A stretch of DNA of 64,000 nt from Thermoplasmata archaeon (lineage in GTDB: Archaea; Thermoplasmatota; E2; DHVEG-1). Location of the stretch: NCBI GenBank assembly GCA_003942085.1, contig DQIQ01000001.1, positions 24,950 through 88,949 of the forward strand. The letters are read 5' to 3'. This document shows, piece after piece, positions 53,085 through 62,950 of the stretch. The translations under genes and the position numbers were made by a program. The notes below the pieces were generated by a model. That model was given only the letters and a program-made list of their open reading frames with translations. It was not told the origin of the DNA and searched no databases. Each line of letters begins with the position of its first letter. Within the stretch, counting starts at the first letter, position 1.

Positions 53085-54538
53085 AGACGATCACCATTGA
53101 TCCCATCACCAGGTTAGAAGGCCATGGGAAAATCAACATCTTCCTTGATGATAGCGGGAACGTGGAAAACGCTTACTTGCAGATCCCAGAGCTTCGAGGA
53201 TTTGAACGATTCTCCGAGGGACGACGCGCCGAGGATATGCCTCAGATCACCTCTCGCATCTGCGGGGTCTGTCCGGTCGCTCATCATTTTGCTGCCACCA
53301 AGGCTTTGGACGCGGCGTTCCATGTCGACCCGCCAGCAGCTGCAAAGAAACTCCGTGAACTCCTCTACTGTGGATACATCATCTATGACCATATCTTACA
53401 TTTCTATTTCCTTGGAGGACCTGATTTCGTGGTCGGTCCAGATGCACCAGCAGCAAAAAGAAACATCCTGGGGGTCATAGAAAAAGCAGGGATCGATGTT
53501 GCAAAGGATGTGATTAAACATCGCGCGTACGGCCAGAAGATCACCGCGATCCTCGGCGGAAAAGCAACGCATCCGGTCTGCGGACTTCCGGGTGGAGTTT
53601 CAAAAGGGCTTTCCAAGGACGAAGTCTTGGAAATCAAAGACATGGTCGGGTCCTGTAACACCTTTGCGAAATTCACCTTAAACCTGTTTGATGATATCGT
53701 TCTGAAGAACAAAGCCTATGTTGATCTGATTCGTTCAGACCCCTACACGCTTAAAACCTACAACATGGGACTTGTCGATGCCCACAACAAGGTCAATTTC
53801 TACGACGGACTCATCCGAGTCACGGATCAAGAAGGCAACGAACTTGAGAAATTCAAAGGCGAGAACTACGCCAAACACATCGCCGAGCATGTCGAAGAAT
53901 GGAGCTACATGAAATTCCCGTACCTCAAAAGCATCGGATGGCATGGTCTTTCGGATGGGAAAAAAAGTGGTATTTACCGCGTTGGTCCCTTGGGAAGGCT
54001 GAACGCAGCCGCGGGTATGACAACCCCACAGGCAGAAAAGGAATACAAACGGATGTTTGACACTCTCGGCGGAAAGCCAGTGAACTCTACCCTTGCATTC
54101 CATTGGGCGCGACTCATTGAGCTGCTCTATGCGACAGAGCGAGCCAAAGAGCTCATTGAGGATGCGGACATCACTTCTTCACATATTCGAAACCCGGTTG
54201 GGATACCAGGGGAGGGAGTCGGCGTCGTCGAAGCTGCCCGGGGCACCTTGATTCATCACTATCAGCTTGACAAGAATGGACTGATCAAGAAAGCAAATCT
54301 GATTGTTGCGACGACGAACAATGCTGGAGCAATCACGATGTCGGTCCGGAATGCAGCCAAAGGTGTAATACAGAAAGGAGTGGTCAATGACGGGCTGTTG
54401 AATAAAGTGGAAATGGCGTTCCGTGCCTACGACCCGTGTTTCGGTTGCGCGACCCATACGCTCCCCGGAGGGTTACCGATGACAGTGAATATTTACGATC
54501 ATAAGAAGAATTTATATCGATCACTTTCACAACACTAG
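53081..54538 (+). CDS. mvhA: [NiFe] hydrogenase large subunit, group 3c-like
   Basis: TRLEGH, RICGVCPVAH (L1), DPCFGCATH (L2) with cleavable C-terminal tail. Confidence 0.93.
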   Translation: MKTITIDPITRLEGHGKINIFLDDSGNVENAYLQIPELRGFERFSEGRRAEDMPQITSRICGVCPVAHHFAATKALDAAFHVDPPAAAKKLRELLYCGYIIYDHILHFYFLGGPDFVVGPDAPAAKRNILGVIEKAGIDVAKDVIKHRAYGQKITAILGGKATHPVCGLPGGVSKGLSKDEVLEIKDMVGSCNTFAKFTLNLFDDIVLKNKAYVDLIRSDPYTLKTYNMGLVDAHNKVNFYDGLIRVTDQEGNELEKFKGENYAKHIAEHVEEWSYMKFPYLKSIGWHGLSDGKKSGIYRVGPLGRLNAAAGMTTPQAEKEYKRMFDTLGGKPVNSTLAFHWARLIELLYATERAKELIEDADITSSHIRNPVGIPGEGVGVVEAARGTLIHHYQLDKNGLIKKANLIVATTNNAGAITMSVRNAAKGVIQKGVVNDGLLNKVEMAFRAYDPCFGCATHTLPGGLPMTVNIYDHKKNLYRSLSQH

Positions 54539-54547
54539 GAGATCAAG

Positions 54548-55006
54548 ATGAAAACGATCGTGCTTGGTATTGGAAACCCAATATTGCAGGATGACGGCGT
54601 TGGCATCCATGTCATCGATGCACTACGACCGCACATTACCAACCCGATGGTAACCGTAGATTCTGCATACACCGGAGGAATGAATCTCCTGGACATGATC
54701 CGTGGTTACGAGAAGGTCATCTTAATCGATGCAATCAAACAAGAAGGCAGCAGGCCAGGTGCGGTGAAACGATTCTTGCTTTCTGATGCACCGACCGTCC
54801 ATTCCTGTAACCCTCATGATGTATCGCTGTCTGAAGCGCTGCGTCTTGCAAAACAAATTGGAGAAAAGCATCTCCCCAGTGAAATCGTGGTCATTGGTAT
54901 TGTCGTGAAAAACACCTTTGATTTTGGAGAGCGTCTCAGCAAAGAGGTCGCCTCCGCGGTACCAAACGCAGTAACCATGGTACTAGATGAATTGAAAAAC
55001 ACCTAG
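54548..55006 (+). CDS. Hydrogenase maturation protease
   Basis: [22 protein letters not shown]. Confidence 0.92.
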   Translation: MKTIVLGIGNPILQDDGVGIHVIDALRPHITNPMVTVDSAYTGGMNLLDMIRGYEKVILIDAIKQEGSRPGAVKRFLLSDAPTVHSCNPHDVSLSEALRLAKQIGEKHLPSEIVVIGIVVKNTFDFGERLSKEVASAVPNAVTMVLDELKNT

Positions 55007-55017
55007 AGGAAAATAAC

Positions 55018-55440
55018 ATGTCAAAAGAATTTGAACCAAACATCCTAGGATTTCTCTGCAACTGGTGCAGTTACGCAGGAGCTGACCTAGCTGGGACCAG
55101 TAGGATGAAATACCCAACGAATCTGAAATCAATTCGTGTCATGTGCTCAGGGCGGGTCGACCCGGCTTTTGTTCTTGAGGCATTCAGGAAAGGGGTTGAT
55201 GGCGTTCTCATAGCAGGGTGTCATCCTGGTGACTGCCATTACCAATCAGGCAACTATAAGACGAACCGACGGGTTAAATTGCTGAAAAAATTATTAGAAG
55301 AACTCGGGATTGAGCCACAACGTATACGATTTGAATACGTCTCTGCCTCAGAAGGACAGAAGTTCGCTACAGTGGTCACTGAGTTTGTCGCAGAGATCAA
55401 AAAAATAGGGCCTAATCCCATTACCGTACATAATAAATAA
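55018..55440 (+). CDS. mvhD: Hydrogenase iron-sulfur subunit D
   Basis: [34 protein letters not shown]. Confidence 0.95.
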   Translation: MSKEFEPNILGFLCNWCSYAGADLAGTSRMKYPTNLKSIRVMCSGRVDPAFVLEAFRKGVDGVLIAGCHPGDCHYQSGNYKTNRRVKLLKKLLEELGIEPQRIRFEYVSASEGQKFATVVTEFVAEIKKIGPNPITVHNK

Positions 55441-55459
55441 AAAAAGAGGTGAATAACAC

Positions 55460-55618
55460 ATGGCAGAGGAAAAGAAAGGAAAAGTAGAGGAAGCAGCTGA
55501 AAAAACCGGGGAAGTCGTCGGAAAAGGTGTTAAAAAAGGCTGGGATGTTGTAAAAGCTTTTGGAAAAGGGGTAAAAGAGGGAGTATCAAAGGATAAAAAA
55601 GGAGAAAAAAAAGAATAA
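55460..55618 (+). CDS. Small Lys/Glu-rich protein, 52 aa (not in ORF track)
   Basis: MAEEKKGKVEEAAEKTGEVVGKGVKKGWDVVKAFGKGVKEGVSKDKKGEKKE; GAGGTGA RBS. Confidence 0.75.
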   Translation: MAEEKKGKVEEAAEKTGEVVGKGVKKGWDVVKAFGKGVKEGVSKDKKGEKKE

Positions 55619-55778
55619 TACCTTTCAATCATTTTTCTTTTAATACTGTACTATCCGGTAGGAGTGCCACTTGAGAAACGACGATGAGGTCTCAGGAGAA
55701 AACCTACCTCAAAAGGATAGAGAGATTAAAATAGATTTATATAATATAAATTTGTATTGTTATACTCAGAGGTATGAA

Positions 55779-57485
55779 TTGAAAAAAATATTATTTACGT
55801 TTGTCGTCGTTTTTTCGCTGATTGCCCTCGCCTCATCAAAGGCAGCTGATCAATACCGATCAAATGCTCTCCAAATCACAAGCAAATCAAATACTTCAAC
55901 TGATTGTTCAGGAAATGTGACCAATATTTCGATTGAAAACATCGTTGGGGGCGTAGGTTTAACAGGAGTCGTGAGAAACAATGGAGGAGTCACTCTCAAT
56001 AATCTCACAGTATCGATAAATATGACCACGGGCTCTTTTGTACGATTAAAAACCACTTCTTTTTCAATACAGACACTCGCGATAAACGAATCAACCGAAC
56101 TCCGCATACAACTCTTTGGCATTGGTCTTGGAAAACTCACACCACTCCCCGAGATATCAATTATCGTAAAATCTTCTGAGAGTGTTCAAAAAGAAGTGCA
56201 AATCGTTACCATGATCTTTGGTCCATTTACGAAAATTATTACCACTTATATCAAGGGAGAGGCATTTAACGGATATACACTGTTCTCCCCGGAATACTCT
56301 AAAAAAGCTTTTTTAATGGACAAACAGGGCAAAATTGTCCATACATGGGAAAGCAGCTATATCCAAGGACTGGGATTGCTTCTCCTAGAAAATGGGGACC
56401 TTCTTCGTACTGCGCTGCTCTACAACAATCCAGTGTTCATCGCCGGTGGAGCGACCGGAGGCGTAGAGCTCTTTAACTGGAACGGATCGATTCTTTGGCA
56501 TTACAACTATTCAAATGATCAGCATTGCCTCCATCATGACATTGAAATTCTCCCCAATGGCCATATCCTTATGGTCGGATGGGAATATAAAACAGCTGAA
56601 GAGGCGATTGCTGCTGGTCGGAATCCTGATACTCTACCGGTCGGCGAATTATGGCCTGACCATGTCATCGAGGTTGAACGAACCGGTCCGTTCGGAGGCA
56701 CTATCGTCTGGGAATGGCATACCTGGGATCATCTCATACAAGATTTTAACCCAGTAAAAGAGAATTATGGTGTCGTGAAAGAGCACCCTGAGCTGATCGA
56801 CATCAATTATGGTACTGATATCGGGAAGGAACGCGCAGATTGGAACCATATCAACTCCATTGATTATAATGAGAAATATGATCAGATTCTTCTGAGTGCT
56901 CATAACCAACATGAGATCTGGATCATCGATCATAGTACAACCACGGAAGAATCAGCAGGACATACAGGTGGTAACAGTGGAAACGGAGGCGACCTTCTCT
57001 ATCGGTACGGAAACCCAGAAACCTATGGTGCAGGAACTTCAAATGACCAGCGACTCTTTGGACAACATGATGCACAATGGATTCCAGAAGGATCCCCGGG
57101 CGAAGGAAATATCCTTATCTTCAATAATGGTGAAGGACGACCAGATGGGCAATACTCGTCGGTCGATGAGTTAATTCCACCAGTCGATGACAATGGCTTT
57201 TATTATCTAGAGCCGGGTTTAGCTTACGGACCAAAGGAGCTTGTCTGGAGCTATACCGCTGAGAACCCGTTTGATTTTTATGCCGGGTACCTCTCGAGTG
57301 CCCAACGATTACCGAATGGAAATACGCTGGTCTGCGATGGGGACCATGGTGAATTCTTCGAAGTAACGTCAGAGAAAAAAACGGTATGGAAATATCACAA
57401 TACGATTCCGAATCCAATTGCTAATCAAGTCTTTAAAATTCTCTGCTATCCCCCTGACTATCCTGGTCTTAACTATCTTTCATAA
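55779..57485 (+). CDS. Secreted arylsulfate sulfotransferase (ASST)-family protein
   Basis: GYTLFSP, LLENG.LL, HHDIEILPNG, WNHINSIDY, GQHDAQW, SSAQRLPNGNTL; probable TTG start after GAGG with signal peptide. Confidence 0.85.
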   Translation: MKKILFTFVVVFSLIALASSKAADQYRSNALQITSKSNTSTDCSGNVTNISIENIVGGVGLTGVVRNNGGVTLNNLTVSINMTTGSFVRLKTTSFSIQTLAINESTELRIQLFGIGLGKLTPLPEISIIVKSSESVQKEVQIVTMIFGPFTKIITTYIKGEAFNGYTLFSPEYSKKAFLMDKQGKIVHTWESSYIQGLGLLLLENGDLLRTALLYNNPVFIAGGATGGVELFNWNGSILWHYNYSNDQHCLHHDIEILPNGHILMVGWEYKTAEEAIAAGRNPDTLPVGELWPDHVIEVERTGPFGGTIVWEWHTWDHLIQDFNPVKENYGVVKEHPELIDINYGTDIGKERADWNHINSIDYNEKYDQILLSAHNQHEIWIIDHSTTTEESAGHTGGNSGNGGDLLYRYGNPETYGAGTSNDQRLFGQHDAQWIPEGSPGEGNILIFNNGEGRPDGQYSSVDELIPPVDDNGFYYLEPGLAYGPKELVWSYTAENPFDFYAGYLSSAQRLPNGNTLVCDGDHGEFFEVTSEKKTVWKYHNTIPNPIANQVFKILCYPPDYPGLNYLS

Positions 57486-57655
57486 ATAATTTGTAAGAAC
57501 AAGGTGTACAACCTCTCTTGATCTTCGCTAGGGTCAATCGAAGAGAAATTTATTGTTCTGATTCTTTTTTTCAACACAGGCCTTTCACCGAAAGAATTAT
57601 ATAGTATAATTTCAATTAAAACTTACCTATTTGATTTAGAGGAGGCAAAGAAAAA

Positions 57656-58909
57656 ATGTTAAGAAAATCGATATTAAAGGCAGCCTTGGTCATTATCATC
57701 GCCTTAGCAATGATTATCCCAGCGTCGGCGATAAACACAAAAACAAAAACCTTAAGCGTCGTTTCACCTCAACCAATAACGACGAATAGAGACATCATCT
57801 TTGAAGATAGCTTTGAAGCCTACGATGATTGGCTCATTGATTTCCCGCCATGGACATGTATCGATGTTGATGGATCAGTAACTTTTACTCATACCGGATA
57901 TACCTGGCCTCATCAATTAGAACCCCAAGCATTCATTATCTTCAACCCTGCCACAACTGTACCACCATCAACAGAAGCAGCTATGGCGCCTCACACAGGT
58001 GCTAAAGAAGCAATGGCGATTAATGATGACAATACCGGATACGTCAGCGATGATTGGCTCATAACCCCACAGCTTTCAGGTTCATATGACTCAGTCACGT
58101 TCTGGGCACATTCATACAGTAGCCAGTACAATTTAGAGAGGATCACCGTCTGTGTTTCCACAACCGATACCGATCCAGCGAGTTTTACAATGATCTCACC
58201 AGATCCCTATCTCACCGTGCCACTGGACTGGACAGAATATACTTACGATATCAGCAGCTATTCCGGTCAAGCCATCTACATTGGAATTCACTATATGTCA
58301 ACAGACTCTTGGATGCTATTCTTAGATGACTTCCAAGTCACAGGCAGTGCTGGAGATGCCACACCACCAGTCACCACATGTACTCTTGAGGGGACCATGG
58401 ATGGAGAAATCTACACCAGTGACGTTACTGTGACCTTGACTGCGACCGACGACATGTCTGGTGTGAACTACACCAGGTATAAGGTTGACGGTGGCGAATG
58501 GAACATCTACACCGCACCATTTGTTGTCTCTGGAAACGGCGAACACATCGTAGCTTTCTACTCAGCCGACATTGCAGGAAACATTGAAACGGAAAAATCA
58601 GCGACATTCACTATACAATACCCAATCGAAATCACCATAAAAGGTGGAATGGGCGTCTCTGCGGTTATTAAAAACACTGGATCGTCAGATCTGACGGACA
58701 TCGCCTGGAGCATCTCACTTAAAGGAGGCATTTTGTTAAAAGCAAATCAGACATCGGGTAACATCCTCCAACTTGCCGCAGGTGCCTCAACGACAAAGAA
58801 ACTTCCGGTCCTTGGATTCGGAAAAACGACGATCACCGTCCTTGTGAATGGCATTCCGAAGACTGGACAAGGATTCATCTTCCTGTTCTTCGCCCTCGGG
58901 GTCAAATAA
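57656..58909 (+). CDS. Secreted protein with cleaved-adhesin (choice-of-anchor J)-like domain, Ig-like domain and C-terminal GG-G module
   Basis: Signal peptide; DSFE, WTCIDVDG, DDWLITPQL, LDD; DATPPVTT...SGV..T.Y..DGG. Confidence 0.78.
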   Translation: MLRKSILKAALVIIIALAMIIPASAINTKTKTLSVVSPQPITTNRDIIFEDSFEAYDDWLIDFPPWTCIDVDGSVTFTHTGYTWPHQLEPQAFIIFNPATTVPPSTEAAMAPHTGAKEAMAINDDNTGYVSDDWLITPQLSGSYDSVTFWAHSYSSQYNLERITVCVSTTDTDPASFTMISPDPYLTVPLDWTEYTYDISSYSGQAIYIGIHYMSTDSWMLFLDDFQVTGSAGDATPPVTTCTLEGTMDGEIYTSDVTVTLTATDDMSGVNYTRYKVDGGEWNIYTAPFVVSGNGEHIVAFYSADIAGNIETEKSATFTIQYPIEITIKGGMGVSAVIKNTGSSDLTDIAWSISLKGGILLKANQTSGNILQLAAGASTTKKLPVLGFGKTTITVLVNGIPKTGQGFIFLFFALGVK

Positions 58910-59001
58910 TACCCCATATCTTTTTTTTATTTTTTTCTTATCTGTTTAAAAAAGAATGAAAGAAAAAAAGAAATAAAACGACCATTCAAGGTCGTTTGAA
59001 C

Positions 59002-60141
59002 TTATTCAAGAACGTGTATGTTTTTCTTTTGACAAATATCTTTGAGATCCTTTGGCCAGACCGTGACGCTGACTTCACCAAGGTGCGCTTTTTTCAACAG
59101 ATACATATATGTTCTTGACTGACCGATCCCACCACCGATGCTCAGCGGTATTTTATTGTTCAGAATCGCTTGGTGATAGGGCAGTTTGAGGAAATCTGTT
59201 TGACCGGACAATTCGAGTTGTTTTTTCAGTGTCTCCGGAGTAACCCTGATGCCCATTGAGGAAAGCTCATGCCGTCGCTGGGTGACCGGATTCCACACGA
59301 GGATATCTCCATTCAGCCCGTAGGTTTGTTTTTTGGTTTCCTTGGAGGTATCAGTGATCCAATCATCGTAATCAGCGGCCCGCATCTCATGAGGATATCC
59401 ATCCTTTAGCACCGAACCGATACCAATAATGAAGATCGCTGGATGGTCCTGAAGGATTGCGGTTTCCCGCTGCTTCCGAGGCATCTCAGGGTACATCTCC
59501 AGGATTTCTTCAGCATGGAAGAACTCAAGCTTGTCAGGGAGATTAGGAATCGTTTTAGATTCGAGCTGTGGGAATTCATCAAGGACGAGGTTCTCCGCGC
59601 CTTTAATGACTTTCCAGATTTTATTGACTGTCTCTTTAAGGTATTTGATGTTCCTTTGTTCTTTTGAAATGACTTTCTCCCAATCCCATTGGTCCACATA
59701 CGCGCTGTGGTCATGGTCAAGGAAATAGTCTTTCCGGACCGCACGCATATCGGTGTTCAGACCCTCGCCCACATTCATATCGAATTCTTTGAGTGCCATC
59801 CGTTTCCATTTCGTCGCTGCTTGAACAACCTGCGCCTGGATCCTCTTCTCAAGACCAAGCCCACAAGGAAATTCAATAGGAGTCCTTGAACCGTCACGGT
59901 CAAGATAGTCGTTTACCCCACTATCTTTGTCGACAATCAAAGGAACCGTGACCATCATAAGATTCAGTTCTTTTCCTAAATTTTCCTCGATGTAGTATTT
60001 CGCCGCGAACACTGCCTTCTGTGTTTCCTTTGGCGTCAGCAATGACTTATAGTTTTTTGGAAGGACTTTCTCTACTTCTTTATAGGTACTGATACCTGGC
60101 CCCGCGAGATCCGCTTTCTTATTTGACATCATATGAATCAA
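59002..60141 (-). CDS. asnA: Aspartate-ammonia ligase
   Basis: KWKRMAL, GEGLNTDMRAVR, HSAYVDQWDWE, RAADYDDW, ELSSMGIRV, SIGGGIGQSR. Confidence 0.95.
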   Translation of the reverse strand: MIHMMSNKKADLAGPGISTYKEVEKVLPKNYKSLLTPKETQKAVFAAKYYIEENLGKELNLMMVTVPLIVDKDSGVNDYLDRDGSRTPIEFPCGLGLEKRIQAQVVQAATKWKRMALKEFDMNVGEGLNTDMRAVRKDYFLDHDHSAYVDQWDWEKVISKEQRNIKYLKETVNKIWKVIKGAENLVLDEFPQLESKTIPNLPDKLEFFHAEEILEMYPEMPRKQRETAILQDHPAIFIIGIGSVLKDGYPHEMRAADYDDWITDTSKETKKQTYGLNGDILVWNPVTQRRHELSSMGIRVTPETLKKQLELSGQTDFLKLPYHQAILNNKIPLSIGGGIGQSRTYMYLLKKAHLGEVSVTVWPKDLKDICQKKNIHVLE

Positions 60142-60239
60142 ACCTTCTTCCAGGCAAAACAGAAGAGATATTTAAACCTTTATCACGCCCCTAAAAGGAG
60201 AAAGCATGAATATGGATAAAAAAAGGAAAGGAGTGTGCA

Positions 60240-60686
60240 CTACTCCTGTTTGATTTGTTCTGCTATAGAAACAACAGTAACGTTCACCACGATTCGCTTC
60301 CCTGCCAACAGATGATTCATATCCAAGGTGAATGTCTGTTCGTCCATCGCAACAATCGTCCCAATAAAAGATCTCCCGGTCGGTGCATCGATCTTTATAC
60401 GAGAGCCAACCTCTAGCGGGATATCAGGTTTGAACACCGATTTTGGCACTTTGATGATAAGGTCATCCACATGAGGACCGAACGCATCTTCAGCCTCAAG
60501 GGTCACCACCTTCGAATCGCCCTCAGTCATATCATGCAATTCTTCCTCTATGCGAGGAAAGAATTTCCCTTCGCCCACCACAATCTCAAGAGGGTTCTCC
60601 GCATCGTTCTTATAACAAAGCTCCCCCGACTCCAATTTAGCCTCACATAAAAGCCGAACCGTATCCCCGTCCTTTATACTCTTCAT
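60240..60686 (-). CDS. slyD: FKBP-type peptidyl-prolyl isomerase (SlyD-like, short)
   Basis: PLEIVVG.G, EDAFG, IF insertion domain, LDMNHLLAGK. Confidence 0.85.
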   Translation of the reverse strand: MKSIKDGDTVRLLCEAKLESGELCYKNDAENPLEIVVGEGKFFPRIEEELHDMTEGDSKVVTLEAEDAFGPHVDDLIIKVPKSVFKPDIPLEVGSRIKIDAPTGRSFIGTIVAMDEQTFTLDMNHLLAGKRIVVNVTVVSIAEQIKQE

Positions 60687-60820
60687 ACGCTCTCCATCCG
60701 AATACTCATCCCAACAAACAAAAAAAACACACTACTCGGAGCATTGGTGCATCAATTTCATCCGCAGGGTAGAAAATCCTATCTCATAACCGTACTTAAA
60801 TATTTGTGTTTTTATAAGAA

Positions 60821-62896
60821 TTAAAGGGGACACAAACCTGTAGGACACCCTCCAGCGAAATCAGTCGTAACCACGATTGGTTTACCTGTCCCAAGATACA
60901 AGACCTGTTCAGGTTTGCTGCCGTAGCGGTACACGGTGATCCCTTTACATTTCAGCTTCCACGCAAGCAGATAAATATTTCTCACATCTTCAGGGCTGGA
61001 ATCCTTTGGTAGATTCACGGTCTTGCTGACTGCATTATCAACATGTCGTTGGAACGCGGCTTGCATCCGGACATGAATCTCTGCTGCAATATCAAGGGAG
61101 GTGACAAAGATTTTTTTCAGGTCCGCTGGAAGCTTTATACTTTTTATATTCCCGGTTTTGGATATCGAACGGATCAGCTCATCAGAATAAAGATCACGTC
61201 GAATCAACTCTCGCTTAAATGTCTCATTTACCTCTGGCAGATGTTTTCCATCCATTACCCGGCGTAAGAACGCTAATGCAAACACCGGTTCGATACCTGA
61301 GGAACAGCCAGCAACGATGCTGATAGTCCCGGTCGGTGCTATCGTGATACAGGTCGCATTCCTCATCGCAGGATACTTCTTCTGCCAGATACTTTGCTGA
61401 AAATTCATAAAAGACCCGCGTTGCTTCCCAAGCTCCACTGATTTTTCCCGTGCTTCTTTTGCCACAAACCTGATGAGCCGTTCACCGAGCTGCAACGCCT
61501 CTTTGCTATCATAGGGGGTCTTAAGCATGAACAAAAGATCAGCAAATCCCATCACCCCAAGACCGATTTTCCGATGTGCTTTTGTAATCTTCTCTGTCTC
61601 TTTCAGCGGATAATTATTCGCATCAATGACGTTATCTAAAAAATGAACGGCAAGTCGTGTAGTTGCTCGCAGTTTCTTCCAATCAAGTTTTCCATTTTTA
61701 ATCATCCGTACAAGATTAATACTGCCTAAATTACAGGATTCATATGCTAATAAGGGAACCTCCCCGCACGGGTTCGTCGCTTCGATCAGACCTGTCTGTC
61801 TCAACGGATTTTTTCTGTTGATTTCATCAATAAACAGCAGTCCCGGATCCCCAGTCTCCCAGGCATTTCGCACAATTAGCTCAAATAGATCAGCCGCGTT
61901 TATCTTTTGAACAACCTTACCGGTCTTTGGGCTTCGCAACACCACTACCTTATTGGTCAGTACCTTTCTCATGAACGAATCAGTCACGGCAACTGAAATA
62001 TTAAAATTCGTGAGTCTTTTACCGGATTTGGCGGTCACAAAATCAGGGATATCTGGATGAGTACAGTGGAGAATACCGATATTTGCGCCCCGGCGTTTCC
62101 CCCCTTGTTTAATCACCTCGGTCGTACTATCATAGATCCGCATAAACGAAATAGGGCCACTTGCGACACCTTTGGTGCTTTTCACGATCGCACCTTTTTC
62201 TCGCAGACGACTAAAACTAAACCCAGTCCCGCCCCCTGATTGCTGGATCAATGCCATATTCTTCAGACTAGAAAAAATCCCCTCCAAACTATCCTCGATG
62301 GGCAAAACGAAACAAGCGGACAACTGCCCAAGCTTCGTTCCTGCATTCATGAGCGTTGGTGAGTTTGGAAGAAACTCCAAATTCCGCATCGCAGTAAAAA
62401 AAGCTTCCTCTGTTCTATTTGGGTCTTTCCCATAGAGGGCATCTTGTTCTGCGATTGTTTTTGCCACCCGCCTGAATAGCTGTGTCGGTGTTTCTATAAT
62501 CTTTCCAGTCTCATCTCTTAGAAGATACCGTTCCTCAAGGACTTTGAGGGCGTTGACATCCAGTTTCAAATCATCATGTATCTTGAAATACTGCTTGATT
62601 TCACGGGCGATCCCCCGGGAACGTCGATATAGTGAATATGCTTTATACACACGCTCTTCTCGTTGTTCAAGCACTTCTTCGACGGTTTCTTGAATCTGTT
62701 CAATCGTGGGGATACCATTGAAAAAAGTGGATTGTTTGGAGTTTAGTGACTCGACGATTTTTTTAGATAGAAATTCAGCTTTTTTTCTGCTCGTCAAACC
62801 TAGCGCTAGCATTGCCTTCTGTATAGCGACCGTGATTTTTTCAGCATCAAAGGGAACAATATCTCCGGTTCGCTTTCGAACAGTGGTAATCGTCAT
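60821..62896 (-). CDS. nrdJ: Class II (adenosylcobalamin-dependent) ribonucleotide reductase with N-terminal ATP cone
   Basis: VRKRTG ATP cone, PNSPTLMNAG..QLSACF, TNPCGE, ESCNLGS, IAPTGTIS, KGITVYR, C-terminal Cys pair. Confidence 0.93.
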   Translation of the reverse strand: MTITTVRKRTGDIVPFDAEKITVAIQKAMLALGLTSRKKAEFLSKKIVESLNSKQSTFFNGIPTIEQIQETVEEVLEQREERVYKAYSLYRRSRGIAREIKQYFKIHDDLKLDVNALKVLEERYLLRDETGKIIETPTQLFRRVAKTIAEQDALYGKDPNRTEEAFFTAMRNLEFLPNSPTLMNAGTKLGQLSACFVLPIEDSLEGIFSSLKNMALIQQSGGGTGFSFSRLREKGAIVKSTKGVASGPISFMRIYDSTTEVIKQGGKRRGANIGILHCTHPDIPDFVTAKSGKRLTNFNISVAVTDSFMRKVLTNKVVVLRSPKTGKVVQKINAADLFELIVRNAWETGDPGLLFIDEINRKNPLRQTGLIEATNPCGEVPLLAYESCNLGSINLVRMIKNGKLDWKKLRATTRLAVHFLDNVIDANNYPLKETEKITKAHRKIGLGVMGFADLLFMLKTPYDSKEALQLGERLIRFVAKEAREKSVELGKQRGSFMNFQQSIWQKKYPAMRNATCITIAPTGTISIVAGCSSGIEPVFALAFLRRVMDGKHLPEVNETFKRELIRRDLYSDELIRSISKTGNIKSIKLPADLKKIFVTSLDIAAEIHVRMQAAFQRHVDNAVSKTVNLPKDSSPEDVRNIYLLAWKLKCKGITVYRYGSKPEQVLYLGTGKPIVVTTDFAGGCPTGLCPL

Positions 62897-62950
62897 AGTT
62901 TCTAATCATAAGTAGGTTATAAAAACATGTATGACGAATCGAAGGAATCT

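Noticed and set aside
52083-55440. Selenocysteine or other recoding in hydrogenase and redox genes
   Set aside because: All catalytic positions are Cys codons and ORFs are full length with no in-frame TGA
60821-62896. Intein in nrdJ or upstream cobalamin riboswitch
   Set aside because: Protein is compact with no intein motifs; the upstream gap is only ~55 bp
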